Assembly: GCA_030266465.1 (NCBI GenBank)
Contig: JAJDIA010000001.1
Span: 1 to 59,946 of the forward strand
Direction of reading: 5' to 3'
DNA length: 59,946 nt
Source: Parabacteroides sp. OttesenSCG-928-G21
GTDB taxonomy: Bacteria; Bacteroidota; Bacteroidia; Bacteroidales; Tannerellaceae
The position numbers and the translations under genes were made by a program. The notes beneath the pieces were generated by a model. That model did no database searches and was not told where the DNA came from. It saw only the letters and a list, made by a program, of their open reading frames with translations. Positions 56,485-59,946 of the stretch are shown one piece after another (the stretch's first letter is position 1; the number at the start of each line of letters is the position of its first letter).

Positions 56485-57159
56485 TTATTCTTTTATATCA
56501 CTCAAACGGGCATTCTCACACTTTACGATGCGAGCCGGATAATTATGAACCAGCGTATAGTTGTGCGTAGTCATCACCACTGCCGTTCCTTTACTGCAAA
56601 TATCATGTAAGAGTTGCACGATTTGTCCGCTTGTCTCCGGATCCAGATTACCGGTAGGTTCATCAGCCAGAATAAGCTTCGGATCATTCAATAACGCCCG
56701 GGCAATCACGATACGCTGCTGTTCACCACCCGATAATTCATGCGGCATCTTATACCCTTTATTCTGCATGCCAACCTGCGTAAGCACCTCTTCTATCCGT
56801 TTACTGATATCCGTTTTTTTCTTCCATCCGGTTGCTTTCAAAACAAACTCAAGGTTCCGGATCACCGTACGATCGGTCAACAGTTGAAAATCCTGAAAAA
56901 CGATCCCCAGTTTCCTCCTCAAATAAGGAATATCCTTTCGTTTGACATTCACCAGATTATAATCCATCAACCAGGCCTCACCCTTCAAAATAGGAATTTC
57001 ACCATATAACGCTTTCAGCAGACTGCTCTTACCGGAGCCGACTTTTCCAATGACATACACAAACTCACCATTATGGAGTGTCAGGCAGGCTTCTTGCAAA
57101 ATAAGGTTTTCATCACGACAAACCTCCACATCCTTCAGTTTAAGCAGTACTTCATCCAT
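56485..57159 (-). CDS. ftsE: FtsE-like ABC transporter ATP-binding protein
   Basis: Walker A GKVGSGKSS, LSGGEQQR, Walker B LILADEPTGNLD, and about 224 aa. Confidence 0.8.
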   Translation of the reverse strand: MDEVLLKLKDVEVCRDENLILQEACLTLHNGEFVYVIGKVGSGKSSLLKALYGEIPILKGEAWLMDYNLVNVKRKDIPYLRRKLGIVFQDFQLLTDRTVIRNLEFVLKATGWKKKTDISKRIEEVLTQVGMQNKGYKMPHELSGGEQQRIVIARALLNDPKLILADEPTGNLDPETSGQIVQLLHDICSKGTAVVMTTHNYTLVHNYPARIVKCENARLSDIKE

Positions 57160-57170
57160 CGTTTTCGTTT

Positions 57171-57767
57171 TTATTCTTTATGTCTTTTCTTTAACTCCCT
57201 GGCCAGATCCTCTATACGCAACCCTTTACTGGTCAACAGGACAATCAGGTGATAAAGCATATCGGAGGCTTCATAAATAAAACCTTCCTCCGTACCATTT
57301 GTTGCTTCAATTACCGTTTCAACAGCCTCCTCTCCCACTTTCTGTGCCATGCGGTTCACACCTTTGGCAAACAATGAAGTGGTATAAGAACCTTCCGGCA
57401 TCTCCTGATGACGACGCTCAATAAAATCCTGAAGATATTTCAGGAACATCACATCTTCTATATTTTTTTCACCGAAACAGGTATCATCGCCTTTATGACA
57501 AACCGGACCGGCAGGGATAACCTTGATCAGCAACGTATCATCATCACAATCCGCCTTTATACTGACTACCTGAAGCGTATTACCACTTGTTTCACCCTTC
57601 ATCCACAAGCGATTTTTTGAACGACTGTAAAAAGTCACCTTCCCTGTTTTGCAGGTTTCCGTTACAGCCTCTTCATTCATAAAACCCAGCATCAGGATTT
57701 TATTCGTATTGTTATCCTGCACAATAGCAGGAATCAATCCGTTCATTTTTTCAAAATTCAAGTTCAT
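57171..57767 (-). CDS. hisIE: bifunctional phosphoribosyl-AMP cyclohydrolase / phosphoribosyl-ATP pyrophosphatase
   Basis: GLIPAIVQD...FYSRSKNRLWMKGETSGN (HisI) followed by a HisE helical domain (EEAVETVIEA...YHLIVLL). Confidence 0.9.
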   Translation of the reverse strand: MNLNFEKMNGLIPAIVQDNNTNKILMLGFMNEEAVTETCKTGKVTFYSRSKNRLWMKGETSGNTLQVVSIKADCDDDTLLIKVIPAGPVCHKGDDTCFGEKNIEDVMFLKYLQDFIERRHQEMPEGSYTTSLFAKGVNRMAQKVGEEAVETVIEATNGTEEGFIYEASDMLYHLIVLLTSKGLRIEDLARELKKRHKE

Positions 57768-57778
57768 TATTTCTGCCT

Positions 57779-58540
57779 TTATAATCGTACACTTATCCCT
57801 TCGTTTTTCAAATATTCTTTTAATTCGCCGATTTTAATTTCACCGAAGTGGAATACACTGGCAGCTAATGCCGCATCAGCCTTACCTTTCAGAAAAGCAT
57901 CTTTAATATGCTCCCTGTTTCCGGCTCCACCCGAAGCAATAATCGGGATATGTAATTCATCGGCCAACTGAGCCAAAGCTTCATTCGGATAACCCTCTTT
58001 TACGCCGTCGTGCGTCATACTGGTAAACAGGATTTCACCGGCGCCCCGGCTTTCTGCCTCTTTCGCCCATTCCAATAACTGCCGGTCGGTCGGTACACGT
58101 CCGCCATTCAGGTAACATCTCCAGACATCATCTTCAAAATTGCCATCAATAGCCACCACACAAACCTGACTACCAAAATTACGGGCAATCTCATCAATCA
58201 ATCCCGGATTACGCAGCGCCGCAGAATTGATCGAAACCTTATCCGCACCGGCATTCAACAGACGATCAACATCCTGTATTTCATTGATACCACCACCAAC
58301 CGTAAACGGAATACTTATTTCTGCCGCCACTTTTTTGACTAACTCCGTAAAAGTTTTCCGTCCTTCATGAGAGGCTGTAATATCCAGATAAACAAGTTCA
58401 TCTGCTCCTTCGCGACTATATTGCGCACCTAATTCAACCGGATCTCCCGCCTGACGGAAATTGACAAAATTAACCCCTTTTACTGTTGCACCGTCTTTTA
58501 CATCCAGACAAGGTATAATCCGTTTAGCTAACATCTTCAA
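57779..58540 (-). CDS. hisF: imidazole glycerol phosphate synthase, cyclase subunit
   Basis: [14 protein letters not shown]...[11 protein letters not shown]...GGGI. The start may instead be the ATG two codons downstream. Confidence 0.92.
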   Translation of the reverse strand: MKMLAKRIIPCLDVKDGATVKGVNFVNFRQAGDPVELGAQYSREGADELVYLDITASHEGRKTFTELVKKVAAEISIPFTVGGGINEIQDVDRLLNAGADKVSINSAALRNPGLIDEIARNFGSQVCVVAIDGNFEDDVWRCYLNGGRVPTDRQLLEWAKEAESRGAGEILFTSMTHDGVKEGYPNEALAQLADELHIPIIASGGAGNREHIKDAFLKGKADAALAASVFHFGEIKIGELKEYLKNEGISVRL

Positions 58541-58549
58541 ATGTATCGT

Positions 58550-59272
58550 TTAATTTTTAATAAATCTAATTAAATCTTTCAGTTTTATCCGTCCTTCATA
58601 AATGGCCTTACCAAAAATTACAGCCGGAATCCCTGCCTCTTCCAACGCAGCGATATCATCAATCGAACTCACACCACCGCTGGCAATCAGATAAACCGGT
58701 ACGGCTGCCAGAATCTCTTTATACAATTCTACCGCAGCACCTTGCAACATACCATCCCGGCCAATATCCGTACATATCACCTTATTGATCCCTTTCTGAT
58801 GATAACCTTCGATAAAAGGAATCAGCTCCAGTTCAGTACTTTCCTCCCAACCACTGACAGCAATCTTGCCCTCTTTGGCATCCGCCCCGAGAATAATCCG
58901 CTCATTCCCGAAACGTTCGATCCAGGAGGTAAACATTTCCGGATTTTTCACAGCGATACTACCACCGGTAATCATCTTCGCCCCACTCTCAAAAGCGATA
59001 TGCAGATCTTCCTCTTTCTTTAATCCACCACCAAAATCAATCACCAATGCAGTCCGGTTCGCCAGTTTTTCCAGGACACGGTAGTTGACGATATGTCCCT
59101 GCCGGGCTCCGTCGAGATCAACCACATGAAGTCGTTGGATACCATGATCCTCAAACATCTTCGCCACCTCCAACGGGTCTTCATTATAGACCTTTTTGGT
59201 TGCGTAATCACCCTGCGTCAGACGAACACATTTACCTTCAATAATATCTATAGCCGGAATTAACTCTATCAT
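58550..59272 (-). CDS. hisA: ProFAR isomerase
   Basis: [18 protein letters not shown]...LHVVDLDGA...GGGL. Confidence 0.92.
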   Translation of the reverse strand: MIELIPAIDIIEGKCVRLTQGDYATKKVYNEDPLEVAKMFEDHGIQRLHVVDLDGARQGHIVNYRVLEKLANRTALVIDFGGGLKKEEDLHIAFESGAKMITGGSIAVKNPEMFTSWIERFGNERIILGADAKEGKIAVSGWEESTELELIPFIEGYHQKGINKVICTDIGRDGMLQGAAVELYKEILAAVPVYLIASGGVSSIDDIAALEEAGIPAVIFGKAIYEGRIKLKDLIRFIKN

Positions 59273-59283
59273 TATTTATTGTA

Positions 59284-59874
59284 TCAGAGATTCAGGAAAT
59301 TTGTCAGTATCGCCTCCCCTACCGAACCGCTTTTCTCGGGATGGAACTGGGTGGCATAATAATTCTCCTTATGCAAAGCCGCGCTGAACGGTTGGATGTA
59401 ATTCGTCGTTGCCGCCGTATACGCATTGACAGGTACATAATAACTATGTACAAAATAGACAAAAGCATTCTCCTGCTTCGGCGTAAACAATCCGCTGTTT
59501 ACATTTTCCAGACTGTTCCAACCCATATGCGGCACCTTATCTTCATGACGTTGAGGCATAAAACGCTTCACCTCCACATCAAAAATACCCAGACAATCGA
59601 CATGACCCTCTTCCGACCGACGGCACATAACCTGTTGACCAAGACAAATCCCCAGAACAGGCTGTTTTAAGCCGCAGATCAATCGATCCAAACCAGTAGC
59701 TTTCAAGTGATTCATAGTCGTCGCGGCTTCGCCCACGCCAGGAAAAATCACCTTATCCGCTTTCTGTATCGACTCCTTATCCCCCGTCACCCTATACGGA
59801 ACACCTAAGCGCTTCAATGCATATTCAACAGAATAAATATTACCCGCGTTATATTTGATAATGGCTACATCCAT
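59284..59874 (-). CDS. hisH: imidazole glycerol phosphate synthase, glutamine amidotransferase subunit
   Basis: PGVGEA, GICLGQQ (catalytic Cys) and QFHPEKS motifs. Confidence 0.92.
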   Translation of the reverse strand: MDVAIIKYNAGNIYSVEYALKRLGVPYRVTGDKESIQKADKVIFPGVGEAATTMNHLKATGLDRLICGLKQPVLGICLGQQVMCRRSEEGHVDCLGIFDVEVKRFMPQRHEDKVPHMGWNSLENVNSGLFTPKQENAFVYFVHSYYVPVNAYTAATTNYIQPFSAALHKENYYATQFHPEKSGSVGEAILTNFLNL

Positions 59875-59946
59875 GATTGGGAGATTACGTAATCGAGTCG
59901 CAAAAGTAACAATTTCCTATGACATATTCACTGCAAAAGCAGGAAA

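Overview
This is a gene-dense, AT-rich chromosomal segment that looks like a Bacteroidota (Bacteroidales-type) genome. The lineage call rests on a SusC/SusD pair, a hybrid two-component regulator with an AraC output, gldD/gldE, TAnnTTTG-type -7 promoter boxes and many lipoproteins. I saw no rRNA, tRNA, CRISPR array, transposase or integrase.

Gene content, left to right:
- proC 5' end, cut by the window edge
- a secreted C1 peptidase
- a ~9.3 kb minus-strand SusC/SusD operon with no recognisable CAZyme, preceded by its HTCS regulator and a divergent DoxX-fused paralogue of the operon's unknown Tat-signal protein
- the arginine operon argR-GNAT-argG-argC-argD
- an M48 peptidase, an ABC-F ATPase and an LruC-domain lipoprotein
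- a ~1 kb ORF-free region and a frameshifted lipoprotein gene
- a Tat-exported Gfo/Idh/MocA plus xylose-isomerase-fold pair beside an orphan hybrid histidine kinase
- housekeeping genes: phoH, purC, menG/ubiE, aroE, a PPTase, gldD, gldE, ssb, mscL, a Wzi-like protein, plsC, a GH3/beta-lactamase fusion, NIPSNAP, GT2, lysA, lysC, ftsE and hisIE-hisF-hisA-hisH

Most unusual signals:
1. Four unrelated intergenic arrays each consist of exactly 4 x ~22 bp units (88 bp), mostly palindromic. They start at 22121, 28059, 35508 and 47428. A separate 42 bp x ~7 hairpin array lies between the HTCS and the operon it presumably controls.
2. The CAZyme-less PUL combines two paralogous uncharacterised exported proteins with a D-allose-pathway-like enzyme set (ROK kinase, RpiB, AlsE-like epimerase).
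3. proC is split. Its N-terminal part is at 1-279 (-) and its C-terminal part at ~43583-44047 (+), abutting a possibly 5'-truncated TPR gene. This suggests a ~43.6 kb inversion or a decayed duplicate.
4. A G8 homopolymer frameshift interrupts a lipoprotein gene.

All functional calls come from reading the translated ORFs and recalling family motifs. No database search was run.
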